From positions 239 through 64,238 of the forward strand of contig CAZZWL010000009.1 of the NCBI GenBank assembly GCA_964657755.1: a DNA stretch of 64,000 bases, given 5' to 3'. The position numbers were made by a program, and so were the translations under genes. This DNA comes from an uncultured Rhodanobacter sp. (lineage in GTDB: Bacteria; Bacteroidota; Bacteroidia; Cytophagales; Hymenobacteraceae). Under the pieces are notes generated by a model. It was not told where the DNA came from and searched no databases. It saw nothing but the letters and a program-made list of their open reading frames with translations. Positions 54,961-64,000 of the stretch are shown in pieces. Each line of letters starts with the position of its first letter. The stretch's first letter is position 1.

Positions 54961-55932
54961 TTAAACTGACAGGATTTCTACCATTCGCATAAAGCTCTGG
55001 TTGATGACTTTACGCTTGTTGATGGTGTCGTCGAAGGGCGTGTACATGAGCTTGCGGTCCACGATGCCAGCCATCACGTTCTTCATGCCGTTGAGCAGGC
55101 CCTCCACGGCCGCGATGCCGAGCTGCGAGGCCAGCAGGCGGTCGGAGGCCGTGGGCGAGCCCCCGCGCTGAATGTGGCCCACAATCGTGACGCGCGTATC
55201 GAGCTGCGGGATGGCTTCCTTCACGCGCTTGGCCACTTTGTGCACGTTGCCTTCTTCCTCGCCCTCGGCTACGATGACGATAAACGAAGTTTTGTGGCGC
55301 GCATAGCTGCTTTGCAGCGACTCGATAACGGCCTCCACGCTCATGGCCGTTTCGGGCACCATCACGATTTCGGCCCCGCCGCCGATGGCGCACGGAATGG
55401 CGATGTAGCCCGAATCACGACCCATTACCTCCACAAAAAAGCAGCGGTCGTGCGAGTCGGCCGTGTCGCGAATTTTATCGATGGCCTCCAGCGCCGTGTT
55501 CACGGCCGTGTCGTAGCCAATGGTGTAGTCGGTGCCGTAGAGGTCGTTGTCGATGGTGCCCGGCGCGCCTACCGTCGGAATGCCAAATTCTTTCTCAAAA
55601 ATGCTGGCGCCCGTGAAGGTGCCATTGCCCCCAATGGCCACCAGGCCCTCGATGCCGTGGTTCGTCAGCTGGTCAAAAGCCTCCTGGCGGCCTTCTTTGG
55701 TCATAAATTTCTGCGAGCGGGCTGACTTCAGAATCGTGCCCCCGCGCTGCACCGTATTCGAAACCGAAGCCGAATCCATGCGTACAAATTCGCCCTTAAT
55801 CATGCCGCTGTAGCCGCGCATGATGCCGTAAACCTCAATGCCGTGGTACACGCCCGCCCGCACCACTGCCCGCAGGCAGGCGTTCATGCCGGGAGCATCG
55901 CCCCCACTGGTAAAAACTCCAATTCTCTTCAT
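54961..55932 (-). CDS. pfkA: ATP-dependent 6-phosphofructokinase
   Basis: TSGGDAPGMN, GGTILKSAR, IGGNGT, TIDND, EVMGR.SG, GHIQRGG. Confidence 0.97.
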   Translation of the reverse strand: MKRIGVFTSGGDAPGMNACLRAVVRAGVYHGIEVYGIMRGYSGMIKGEFVRMDSASVSNTVQRGGTILKSARSQKFMTKEGRQEAFDQLTNHGIEGLVAIGGNGTFTGASIFEKEFGIPTVGAPGTIDNDLYGTDYTIGYDTAVNTALEAIDKIRDTADSHDRCFFVEVMGRDSGYIAIPCAIGGGAEIVMVPETAMSVEAVIESLQSSYARHKTSFIVIVAEGEEEGNVHKVAKRVKEAIPQLDTRVTIVGHIQRGGSPTASDRLLASQLGIAAVEGLLNGMKNVMAGIVDRKLMYTPFDDTINKRKVINQSFMRMVEILSV

Positions 55933-56156
55933 AATCAAAATGCAGCTAAAGCGCCCGGAGCCAACCTTCACGTCGGCTTACCCGCCGCAAAGGTCGTAAG
56001 GCCGCCGCACTTGCCGGACGGGCACGGGCTATTTAAGTCCGACATTTTTGCGTTTGCTGCGTAAAAGGCCCGGTGGTAGCCCAGTATACGCTTGGTTATT
56101 AGGTTTTTTTTGCCTACTTTTCGCTATCCCATCACCCACCTTCACTCTCTATCCCC

Positions 56157-56603
56157 ATGTTTGGTTTTTTCGAAAACGAGCAGGCCAAAAAAATAAAAGG
56201 CCACCTCTGCAACCTCGCGGCCCTGGCCAAGGCCGACGGCCACGTCGACGACCGGGAAATGAATTTTATCATTACCGTTGGCAAGAAAAACGGCGTGGGA
56301 GCCAGCGAGGTGCGCAAGCTCGTAGCCGGCAACTCCAACTGCATCTCCGACCTGCCCAGCAATGACTCGGAGCGTTTTGACCAGATTTTTGACCTAGTGG
56401 ATATGATGCTGGCCGATGGCATCGTGGACGAAACGGAAATGGACTTTTGCATTATGATGGCCGAAAAGCTGGGCTTCCGCCAGGCTATCGTGGGCGTGCT
56501 GGTGCGCAAAATATCGCAAGGCGTGAAAGACGCCGTGCCCCGCGAGCGCATTAAGGATGAAAGCCTCTCGTTCCTGAATTATAACACGCTACCCCAGCGG
56601 TAG
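56157..56603 (+). CDS. TerB-like family protein
   Basis: LAKADGHVDDRE and MMLADGIVDE.E...MAEKLGF. Confidence 0.8.
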   Translation: MFGFFENEQAKKIKGHLCNLAALAKADGHVDDREMNFIITVGKKNGVGASEVRKLVAGNSNCISDLPSNDSERFDQIFDLVDMMLADGIVDETEMDFCIMMAEKLGFRQAIVGVLVRKISQGVKDAVPRERIKDESLSFLNYNTLPQR

Positions 56604-56605
56604 TA

Positions 56606-56738
56606 TCTGAACCACGGATTCTGTGAACGCAAGAAAGGTTACCCAGTTGGGTAGCCTTTTTAGGTAAATGACCTTAGCCAGAAAGTCGTACACAAAATCC
56701 GTGAAATCCGAAAAATCCGGATGAATCCGTGGTTCAGA
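56606..56738. repeat. MITE-like element with 15-bp terminal inverted repeats
   Basis: TCTGAACCACGGATT ... AATCCGTGGTTCAGA with internal AAATCCG tandem repeats. Confidence 0.65.
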
Positions 56739-57921
56739 CAGTGCCAATGGCGCGCAGCAGCCCAGCCAGCGCCGCGTCAATCTCGGCCTCGGTGATGGTG
56801 AGCGGCGGCGCGATGCGCAGCGAGTTGTCGCAGAATAAAAACCAGTCGGTCAGGATACCTTCCTCGGCCAGGGCGCGGTCGATAATGGGCTTTAGCACCT
56901 CAAACGAGTCGAATTCCACGGCCATCAGCAGGCCGCAGTTGCGCACCGCCCGGATGGCCGGGTGCCGCAGCCCGGCGCGCAGGCGCGCCGCCTTGGCCGC
57001 CACGTCCGCCAGCAGGTTTTCTTCCTGAATAACCTGGAGCGTGGCCAGCGCCGCCGCGCAGCTCACCGGGTGCCCGCCGAAGGTGGTGCAATGCCCCAGA
57101 ATCGGGTTGGTCTGGAAACCTACCATAATCTCGGGCGACGAGATGAAGGCCCCAATCGGCATGCCGCCGCCCATGCCCTTGGCGCACACCAGGATGTCGG
57201 GCACCACCCCAAACTGCTCGAACGCCCACTGCGTGCCCGTGCGCCCAAAGCCGCACTGAATCTCATCCAAGATGAGGAGCGCGCCTACCTCGGTGCAGCG
57301 CGCCCGCACGGCGGCTAGGTAGCCGGGCAGGGGTAGGCGCACGCCGGCCTCGCCCTGCACGGTTTCGAGCACCACGGCGGCCGTGTGCTTGGTAATTAAC
57401 GCTAAGTCGGCCAGCTCGTTATAACGCAGGTGCGTCACGTCGGGCAGCAGCGGCCGGTAGCTGTTCTTGAACCCCTCGGAGCCGGTGATGGACAGTGCCC
57501 CGTGCGTGGAGCCGTGGTAAGCCTGGAGAGCCGACACCAGGCCCGTGCGGCCGGTGTGGCGCTTGGCTAGCTTGAGCGCGCCCTCAATGGCCTCGGTGCC
57601 CGAGTTAGTGAAGTACACCGTGTCGAGCGGGGGGGGTAGGGTGGCGGCCAGCGCGTGGGCCAGCCGGGCGGGCGGGGCCTGCACCAGCTCGCCGTACACC
57701 ATCAGGTGCAGGTATTTATCGAGCTGGTCCTGAATGGCTTGCAGCACCCGCGGGTGCCGATGCCCCACGTTGCTGACCCCGATGCCCGAAATTAAATCCA
57801 GGATGGGGCGGCCTTCCGGCGTGTACATATACACGCCCTCGGCCCGCTCAATTTCCAGCAGCAGCGGAAAATCGGACGTTTGGGCCTGGTGGCGGAGAAA
57901 AAGCTGGCGGGGCGTAAGCAT
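56734..57921 (-). CDS. Class III PLP-dependent aminotransferase (ArgD-like)
   Basis: DLISGIGVS.VGH, FTNSGTEA.EGA.KLA, YHG, E.VQGE.G, DEIQCGFGRTG, AKGMGGG. Confidence 0.93.
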   Translation of the reverse strand: MLTPRQLFLRHQAQTSDFPLLLEIERAEGVYMYTPEGRPILDLISGIGVSNVGHRHPRVLQAIQDQLDKYLHLMVYGELVQAPPARLAHALAATLPPPLDTVYFTNSGTEAIEGALKLAKRHTGRTGLVSALQAYHGSTHGALSITGSEGFKNSYRPLLPDVTHLRYNELADLALITKHTAAVVLETVQGEAGVRLPLPGYLAAVRARCTEVGALLILDEIQCGFGRTGTQWAFEQFGVVPDILVCAKGMGGGMPIGAFISSPEIMVGFQTNPILGHCTTFGGHPVSCAAALATLQVIQEENLLADVAAKAARLRAGLRHPAIRAVRNCGLLMAVEFDSFEVLKPIIDRALAEEGILTDWFLFCDNSLRIAPPLTITEAEIDAALAGLLRAIGTV

Positions 57922-57967
57922 AACGCCCGCAAAGGTACCGCCGGCGCCGGGGAGGGGGTAGGGCCAG

Positions 57968-58456
57968 CTAGGGCTCCGTAACGGGGGCCGCGCCGGCCGG
58001 CCGCCCAGCCACGCGCTGCAATACCTCTTTGGTGAAGTCGCGCTCGGCCTGGTACAGCTGCGCCAGCTGGCGCAGACTCAGGACCTTCTGGGCGTGCTCG
58101 AAGTAGTCTTTTTCCAGATTGAGCTGCTGCTGGCGAAGGGCAAAATCCTGGTTGAAATTATCACGCAGCTGGGCGTCGCTCAGGCCGGGGTTGTCGGCGT
58201 CGCGGCGCAGCAAACGGGTCGAGCGGTTCAGCTCGCGGCGCTTGGCCACAAAGTCATTGTACATGGGCCAGAAGCGCTGGGCCTGGTCCTGCGTCAGGGT
58301 CAGGCGCGAGGTGATAAAGGCAATTTTGGCGTTGTCGAGCTGGTTGAGGCGCCCGCCCTGGCCCAGCCGGGCGCGCCCCTGCGCCTGCGCCGGCTGGCTG
58401 GCCAGCAGCATAGTCAGGCACCAGCCAGTTAGTAGAAAAAGTCGTAAGCTATTCAT
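57968..58456 (-). CDS. Secreted helical protein (Spy/CpxP-like), ECF-sigma associated
   Basis: Signal peptide, then AKIAFIT..L.LT..QA..FWP.YN. Confidence 0.65.
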   Translation of the reverse strand: MNSLRLFLLTGWCLTMLLASQPAQAQGRARLGQGGRLNQLDNAKIAFITSRLTLTQDQAQRFWPMYNDFVAKRRELNRSTRLLRRDADNPGLSDAQLRDNFNQDFALRQQQLNLEKDYFEHAQKVLSLRQLAQLYQAERDFTKEVLQRVAGRPAGAAPVTEP

Positions 58457-58474
58457 AGCAAGTAAGTAAAGGGG

Positions 58475-58927
58475 CTAAAGCAGCGGGCCGTCCTCAGTGG
58501 GCTGGGCGTCGAGCGCCTCGGTCAGCTCAGTGGGTGAAGAGTGTAAATACTGCCGCGTGATGCCCAGGTGGCGCGTGGGCAGCTCGGCCAGGTCGAGCAT
58601 ATCCACGTGGGTTTCGCCGCTGGTCAGGTAATCTACCAGCTGCTGCTGCGGCACGGCATCAAGCGCCAGGGAGGGGGTAGCGCTGCCCAGTGGGGCACTG
58701 CCCAGCCACATAGAGGCCGCAAACGTGCCCAGCAGCACCGTCGAGGCCAGGCCAGTGCGCACATACATGGGCGCCTGCCACAGCCAAGCCAGCAGCGGCC
58801 GGCGCGCCGGCACCGCCACCTGCGCCATAATGCGCGTGGGCAGCTGCTCGAAATAGCCCGCCGGCGGACTGCTCAGCGGCTGCGGCCCGCGGCGCGGATG
58901 CTGGTCGAGGCGAAAAGGAGTTTTCAT
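58475..58927 (-). CDS. Probable anti-sigma factor (single TM)
   Basis: PPAGYFEQLP.RIM motif, then a TM segment; lies directly downstream of an ECF sigma. Confidence 0.65.
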   Translation of the reverse strand: MKTPFRLDQHPRRGPQPLSSPPAGYFEQLPTRIMAQVAVPARRPLLAWLWQAPMYVRTGLASTVLLGTFAASMWLGSAPLGSATPSLALDAVPQQQLVDYLTSGETHVDMLDLAELPTRHLGITRQYLHSSPTELTEALDAQPTEDGPLL

Positions 58928-58957
58928 GAACAGTAGATGGAAAAACAGACCAAAAGT

Positions 58958-59530
58958 TTAATCCGCTTCGTCGGTGAAAGGGCCCAGGTCGTCGGCGGTA
59001 GTGACGTATTCCTCGACTTTGCGGGCGGCGTGGTGGTAGCTGGCTTTCAGGGCGCCCACGCTGGTGCCCGTCACCTCGGCCATCTGCTCGTAGGGCATCT
59101 CGTCGTAGTAGCGCAGGTTGAACACCAGCCGCTGTTTGTCGGGCAGCCGCAAAATGGCCCGTTGCAGCTTCAGCTCAATCTCGTCGCCGGCCACGGCGGG
59201 GTCGGCCTCCAGCTTGGCCGCCAGCTCGGCTCCCACGTCGTTGAGGGGTAGGAAAAATTTGCGCCGCTTGCTCTGCAAAAAGCTCAGGCACTCGTTGGTC
59301 GCGATGCGGTAAATCCAGGTGAACAGCTGGGCATCCTGCCGAAAATTATCCAGGTTTTTCCACACCTTCACGAACACGTCCTGCGTCAGGTCGTCGGCAT
59401 CATCGTGGTCCACCACCATCTTGCGCACGTGCCAATACACCTTCTGCTGATACTTGCGTACCAGCTGGTTAAAGGCCAGGTTGCGACTGGCCGGCTCGTG
59501 AAACTTAGCGAGGATTTCGTGGTCTTCCAA
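58958..59530 (-). CDS. ECF RNA polymerase sigma factor
   Basis: DADDLTQDVF.K.W, FTWIYRIATNE, LPDKQRLVF.LRYY..M.Y, GALKASYHHA. Confidence 0.94.
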   Translation of the reverse strand: MEDHEILAKFHEPASRNLAFNQLVRKYQQKVYWHVRKMVVDHDDADDLTQDVFVKVWKNLDNFRQDAQLFTWIYRIATNECLSFLQSKRRKFFLPLNDVGAELAAKLEADPAVAGDEIELKLQRAILRLPDKQRLVFNLRYYDEMPYEQMAEVTGTSVGALKASYHHAARKVEEYVTTADDLGPFTDEAD

Positions 59531-59607
59531 ACGCGGAATGGGGGCGATTGTGCGGGTTGGACGCCGGAAGGGGGGTAGGGTTTAACGCGCTGCCTGGTAC
59601 GGCTAGC

Positions 59608-61029
59608 TCACCGCCCAAAAATGCTCAACGAAGTCGTCTGCGCCGAGCGAACGGTGAAGTTGCGCACGTCCGTAAACTTGCTGCCGTTGCTGGTGGCCGT
59701 GCGAAAAACCAGCCGGTACGCGCCCGGCTGCATCGCCAGGTTGAGCTTGCTGCTGCTCTCGGGCAGGTTATAAATCCAGGTCTGCGACTCGTCGTCGTTG
59801 AGCTTGTAAATGCTGCCGAAGCCCTTCAAATCGGAGGTAATATTGAGCGTGCCCGGCGCGGCGTAGCTCACGGTAGCGGTCTGGCCCTGGTGCACGGTCA
59901 CGCGCTCGATGCTGCGCGGCAGCGTCAGAATTTCTACTTCGTAGGTGCCGGCCAGCAGCTTCTGGCGGCTGCCAAAGGGTAGGGATAGCCCGGTAGCCGG
60001 GCTGCCCGCCGCTCGCACCACCGCCTGCACCGCCCCGCCGTAGGGGTTAGGCGAGATATTGGCCGGCTGCAAGTGTAGCGTACCCTGCGGCGTCTTGAAG
60101 TTCAGGACGTTGGTGCGGCCCGCCTTGATGGGAATATTGGCCTGCCGAATGGCGGGCACCGTGTTGATAATGAGGTCGTAGCTCTGCAGCGCGTCGATAT
60201 CGACCACGTCGGCCTTGCCCTGGGCGTCGCGATAGTGCACGTAGTTGTACTCCGGCTGCCCGGTCACGTTATTCACAAACGTCATGTTCACGTTTGACTC
60301 CACGGGTCGGCCGGCTTCGTCGGTCAGGTTCACGGCCACGCTGGTTTTGGCCAGCGTCTGGGCAATCACGTCGTTGAGCACCGTCTGGAAAGTCTTGACC
60401 TCGGCCGCGTTGTAATACTTACCCAGGCATTCGAGCGAACGCCCAAAGTCCTTCTCCGCCCCAATCCCAATCACGAACGGCTTCAAAAAAACGCGCTTGC
60501 GCTGCAACGCCAGCGACGCCGCGCAGGGGTCGCCCTTGCACGACTCTACCCCGTCGGTGATGAGCAGCAGCACGTTGCGCGAGGTTTTATCCTGCGGAAA
60601 GTCCTTGGCCGACTGCTCCAGCGAGTACGTAATGGGCGTGTTGCCCTGCGCCTTCAGCGTCTTGAGCCGCGCCTTGATGGCGGCCGCATTCTTAGGCGCA
60701 AAGGGCACTTCGAGGCGCGAGTCCTCGCAGTTTTGCTCGGCATTGGGGTGCTGGTGGCCGTACACGCGCAGTCCGAGCTCCAGGTTGGGGTAGGCGTTGA
60801 GCGAGTCGGCCATCTTGGCCAGCAAGCGCTTAGCCACCTCCCAGCGCGGCTTGCCTTCCCAGGGCGCCATCATCGAGCCCGACGCGTCGAGCAGAAATAG
60901 AATGCGCGTGACCTTGGGCTTCTCCGGCGGTGCGTTCTGCGCCCGGCCTGGCAGCGTAGAAAATAATAGCACGCAACCCAGCAGTAAGCGGATTGCATAA
61001 GCAGCAAAAGGTCTGAGCGGGAATAACAT
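59608..61029 (-). CDS. Secreted vWA-domain protein
   Basis: FLLDASGSM MIDAS, GNTPI, LITDG.E.C.GDPC. Confidence 0.88.
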   Translation of the reverse strand: MLFPLRPFAAYAIRLLLGCVLLFSTLPGRAQNAPPEKPKVTRILFLLDASGSMMAPWEGKPRWEVAKRLLAKMADSLNAYPNLELGLRVYGHQHPNAEQNCEDSRLEVPFAPKNAAAIKARLKTLKAQGNTPITYSLEQSAKDFPQDKTSRNVLLLITDGVESCKGDPCAASLALQRKRVFLKPFVIGIGAEKDFGRSLECLGKYYNAAEVKTFQTVLNDVIAQTLAKTSVAVNLTDEAGRPVESNVNMTFVNNVTGQPEYNYVHYRDAQGKADVVDIDALQSYDLIINTVPAIRQANIPIKAGRTNVLNFKTPQGTLHLQPANISPNPYGGAVQAVVRAAGSPATGLSLPFGSRQKLLAGTYEVEILTLPRSIERVTVHQGQTATVSYAAPGTLNITSDLKGFGSIYKLNDDESQTWIYNLPESSSKLNLAMQPGAYRLVFRTATSNGSKFTDVRNFTVRSAQTTSLSIFGR

Positions 61030-61110
61030 CGGCGAAATTTACGCCGCTAGCGCGAGTTTAGCGCCGCTTAATTCGCGCGACTGTGGAGCCGTACTTCGTG
61101 CCGTTAGCTC

Positions 61111-61314
61111 TTACATAAATTCCCCAGGCTTGCGGGTGCGTTGCTCATAGTAGAAAATAAGTGCTGTCAATACTTCAAACTCATCGCGTAAGTCTTGGCT
61201 TGGCGAGGCGTAAGCCTGCACGGCTATCAACTCATCCAGCCGCAGGTGTGCTTGAACTAGCTCCTCATTGGAGCGAATTGGCGACACGGTCGTAATCGTT
61301 TGAAGCGCTAGCAT
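61111..61314 (-). CDS. HigA-like antitoxin N-terminal domain lacking HTH
   Basis: PIRSNEE...RLDELI...DEFEVL..LI..YE resembles the HigA N-terminus; only 67 aa; follows a HigB gene. Confidence 0.6.
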   Translation of the reverse strand: MLALQTITTVSPIRSNEELVQAHLRLDELIAVQAYASPSQDLRDEFEVLTALIFYYEQRTRKPGEFM

Positions 61315-61325
61315 AAAGCAAAAGG

Positions 61326-61619
61326 TTAAATAGTAGTGACGTCAAGTCGGTCGTACTCGCTGTGCGTGCCAATAAACCGAATAAATATCGTGCGTACCCG
61401 GTATATTATCAAGACCACCAGCCGGTATTTATTGCCGCCAATGTTAAAAACTACCCGGTCGTTGGCCACCACCGAGGCATTGGGGTAAACGGCTTTCAAC
61501 TCGTTCGGCGTTCCCCAATCTGCCTGCTCTACGGTCGTTATCCATTGGCTAAGGCTAGCGCGGGCATCGGGGTAGGTTTCGATGAACTCCCGTAGCGGCT
61601 GTAGCTTAATGATGACCAT
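61326..61619 (-). CDS. higB: Type II toxin HigB (RelE superfamily)
   Basis: W...ELK..YPNAS...DRVVFNIGGNKYRLVV...FIRFIGTHSEYD. Confidence 0.9.
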   Translation of the reverse strand: MVIIKLQPLREFIETYPDARASLSQWITTVEQADWGTPNELKAVYPNASVVANDRVVFNIGGNKYRLVVLIIYRVRTIFIRFIGTHSEYDRLDVTTI

Positions 61620-61670
61620 GCTGGTTTAATAAAATAATTACTTTAATCTACCTCCAACAGAGCTTTCGCC

Positions 61671-61949
61671 TCACATCATTCCATAAACATACTGTACTTG
61701 TTTGTCAGCGTCATTTTCATCGTAACCACCATTAACCAGCTGCTTCTTATACGCTTTCGCCTCTTGTCTTAACCTACGTTGTTTTTTGAAATGCTTGACT
61801 TTTTCATCAATTTTAGTAATAATCCATATTAGAAACAGTGAGCCGTAAATTAAATACGATAAAAAAACTTCAAATTTACTTGGATGACCATAATATCCTC
61901 CACGTAATAGAAGTGAGTGGTAAGCTAGTAATATGATGCACATCATCAA
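61671..61949 (-). CDS. AT-rich small membrane hypothetical protein
   Basis: 92-aa ORF with TM segment(s) in very AT-rich DNA. Confidence 0.5.
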   Translation of the reverse strand: MMMCIILLAYHSLLLRGGYYGHPSKFEVFLSYLIYGSLFLIWIITKIDEKVKHFKKQRRLRQEAKAYKKQLVNGGYDENDADKQVQYVYGMM

Positions 61950-62064
61950 TAGAAAGTGCTTGAATTGTTGACTTTAATTAATATACTAAATTCTAAAAGC
62001 AAAACCCCCGCGCCAGCCTTTCAGCCAACACGGGGATTATTGAAAATTGGCGACTGCCAAACTA

Positions 62065-63330
62065 CTACATATTCTTCACAATCTCCTCGCCGAACTCGCT
62101 CGTTTTGAGGAGGGTAGCGCCTTCCATCTGGCGCTCGAAGTCGTAGGTGACGCGCTTGCTGGCGATGGCGGCTTCGAGGCCCTTGTTGATGAGGGCGGCG
62201 GCTTCTTTCCAGCCCAGGTGCTCCAGCATCATCACGCCCGAGAGAATAACCGAGCCGGGGTTCACCTTGTCCTGGTTGGCGTACTTGGGCGCGGTGCCGT
62301 GGGTAGCCTCGAAGATGGCGTGGCCAGTGAGGTAGTTGATGTTGGCGCCCGGCGCGATGCCGATGCCACCCACGATGGCGGCCAGCGCGTCGGAGATGTA
62401 GTCACCGTTCAAGTTGAGGGTAGCGACTACCGAGTACTCGGCGGGGCGCAGCAGAATCTGCTGCAAAAAGGCATCGGCGATGCTGTCTTTGATGATGAGC
62501 TTGCCTTGCTCCTGGGCTTGCTTTTGCAGGGCGTCGGCTACTGATACGCCTTGTTTGGCCACGATTTTATCGTACTGCGCCCAGGTGAAAACCTTGGCGC
62601 CAAACTCCTTCTCGGCTAGCTCGTAGCCCCAGGTTTTGAATGCGCCTTCGGTAAATTTCATGATGTTGCCCTTGTGCACCAGCGTCACCGATGGTAGCTT
62701 GTGCTCCAGGGCATACTTAATGGCGGCGCGCACGAGGCGCTCGGTGCCTTCCTTCGACACCGGCTTAATGCCGAACGACGACGACTCCGGGAAGCGAATT
62801 TTCTTCACGCCCATCTCGTCTTGCAAAAATTCGAGCATTTTTTGGGCCTGCGGCGTGCCGTTCATGTACTCGATGCCGGCGTAGATGTCCTCCGTATTCT
62901 CACGAAAGATGACCATATTGGTCAGCTCCGGGTGCTTCACGGGCGAAGGCACGCCGTCGTAGTAGCGCACGGGGCGCACGCAGGCGTACAGGTCCAGCTC
63001 CTGGCGCAGGGCCACGTTCAGCGAGCGAATGCCGCCGCCCACGGGGGTAGTGAGCGGGCCTTTAATGCCCACCAGATATTCGCGGAAGGCGTCCAGGGTT
63101 TCGGTGGGAAGCCAGTTGTTGAGTTGCTTGAAGGCTTTTTCACCGGCCAGCACTTCCTTCCATACCAGCTTCCTTTTGCCGCCGTAGGCTTTTTCTACCG
63201 CGGCATCAAATACGAGCTGCGAGGCGCGCCAAATGTCCGGACCCGTGCCGTCGCCCTCAATGTAGGGGATAGTTGGTTGGTCGGGTACGTTCAGCTTGCC
63301 ATTTTTAATGGTGATTTTCTGCTCTGCCAT
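62065..63330 (-). CDS. icd: NADP-dependent isocitrate dehydrogenase
   Basis: [62 protein letters not shown]. Confidence 0.98.
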   Translation of the reverse strand: MAEQKITIKNGKLNVPDQPTIPYIEGDGTGPDIWRASQLVFDAAVEKAYGGKRKLVWKEVLAGEKAFKQLNNWLPTETLDAFREYLVGIKGPLTTPVGGGIRSLNVALRQELDLYACVRPVRYYDGVPSPVKHPELTNMVIFRENTEDIYAGIEYMNGTPQAQKMLEFLQDEMGVKKIRFPESSSFGIKPVSKEGTERLVRAAIKYALEHKLPSVTLVHKGNIMKFTEGAFKTWGYELAEKEFGAKVFTWAQYDKIVAKQGVSVADALQKQAQEQGKLIIKDSIADAFLQQILLRPAEYSVVATLNLNGDYISDALAAIVGGIGIAPGANINYLTGHAIFEATHGTAPKYANQDKVNPGSVILSGVMMLEHLGWKEAAALINKGLEAAIASKRVTYDFERQMEGATLLKTSEFGEEIVKNM

Positions 63331-63385
63331 GAGGAAAAAGGTTGTCTATTAGTCGTTATTCAGGTTCGGGTGGGAAGAAGAGTAG

Positions 63386-63467
63386 TGACTAATGACTAGT
63401 GATTAATGACTGCGAATACTCAAAAGGGTATTGGCGCATTACCTGATTAGTCACTAGTCATTCATCA
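63386..63467. repeat. Imperfect hairpin of TGACTAA-type short repeats
   Basis: TGACTAATGACTAGTGATTAAT ... ATTAGTCACTAGTCATTCATCA. Confidence 0.65.
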
Positions 63468-63480
63468 TTAGTTAGTAATT

Positions 63481-64000
63481 TCAGTAGCCGAAAATCTCTT
63501 TCAGGGTCAGTTGTTGCACGGTGCCGTACTTGGCCAACTCCTTGAAATTCAGCCGGTCCTTGGAGCCGATAACCAGGATAACCTGGTTCTGCCCCCGGAT
63601 TTTAGCCTGCTGAAATTTCTGTAATTCGGCAAACGTCATGTTCTGGGTTTGGTCGTACACGTCGCGGCGCAGGTCGTAGTCGAGGCCCAGGCGGCGCGCC
63701 CGCTCGTAGCTGAGCAGCACGCCCTCGTGCGTGATGCGGTCGGTGGCAATGCTGTTGCGGATGCTCTGCTTGGCGATGGCCAGGTTGGCGTCGGCCAGCG
63801 GCATGTCGGTGAGTAGGCCTTCCATGCCGGCCATCGCCTCGGGCAGCTTGTCGCTCTGCGTGCCGATGTAGCTAAGAATGTAGTTTGAGCGACCCGTCTT
63901 ATCAGCGTTCGCGTAGCGCGACATGGCCGAGTAGGCTAGGGCCTTGCTCTCGCGCAGGTCCTGAAACACGATGCTACCCATGCCGCCGCCGAAGTACTCG
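63481..64000 (-). CDS. M16 (insulinase-like) peptidase, C-terminal part (5' end outside window)
   Basis: EYFGGGMGSIVFQ.LRESKALAYS...YIGTQ.DK, typical of the Bacteroidota M16 C-terminal domain. Confidence 0.88.
   Translation of the reverse strand, partial: EYFGGGMGSIVFQDLRESKALAYSAMSRYANADKTGRSNYILSYIGTQSDKLPEAMAGMEGLLTDMPLADANLAIAKQSIRNSIATDRITHEGVLLSYERARRLGLDYDLRRDVYDQTQNMTFAELQKFQQAKIRGQNQVILVIGSKDRLNFKELAKYGTVQQLTLKEIFGY

Overview
GC-rich chromosomal window that looks like Hymenobacter (Bacteroidota, Cytophagales). The taxon is inferred from gene content (T9SS PorU/PorV paralogues, DUF4270) and TAnnTTTG promoters. Layout: 1-12.7 kb is a probable low-oxygen/stress cluster (Acg nitroreductase, BON, USP, bestrophin, BLUF, MlaEFD, a FixL-like PAS kinase and a REC-Crp/Fnr fusion regulator) with four FNR-like boxes. 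12.8-35 kb is mostly housekeeping and envelope genes (tRNA-Glu, gap, SUI1, PadR-PspC, PorV2-PorU2, folA, fmt, NamZ, LolC/E, Kelch, and a frameshifted DUF4270). 35-43.5 kb is an RNA repair locus and the most unusual part of the window: two tandem leader-peptide/terminator cassettes, Ro60 (TROVE), an array of five Y RNA-like units carrying circularly permuted tRNA mimics of apparently different isotypes, a PcfJ-like gene, two shorter Y-like units and RtcB, flanked by a PD-(D/E)XK nuclease and a J-domain protein. 43.5-64 kb is mostly core genes (tRNA-Leu, NFACT, hybrid kinase, miaA, pfkA, ECF sigma module, HigBA, icd). Across the whole window the octamer GGGGTAGG/CCTACCCC is strongly over-represented (about 50 copies by manual tally), and its core also forms inverted-repeat terminators. 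All calls come from sequence motifs only; no database searches or folding programs were run.
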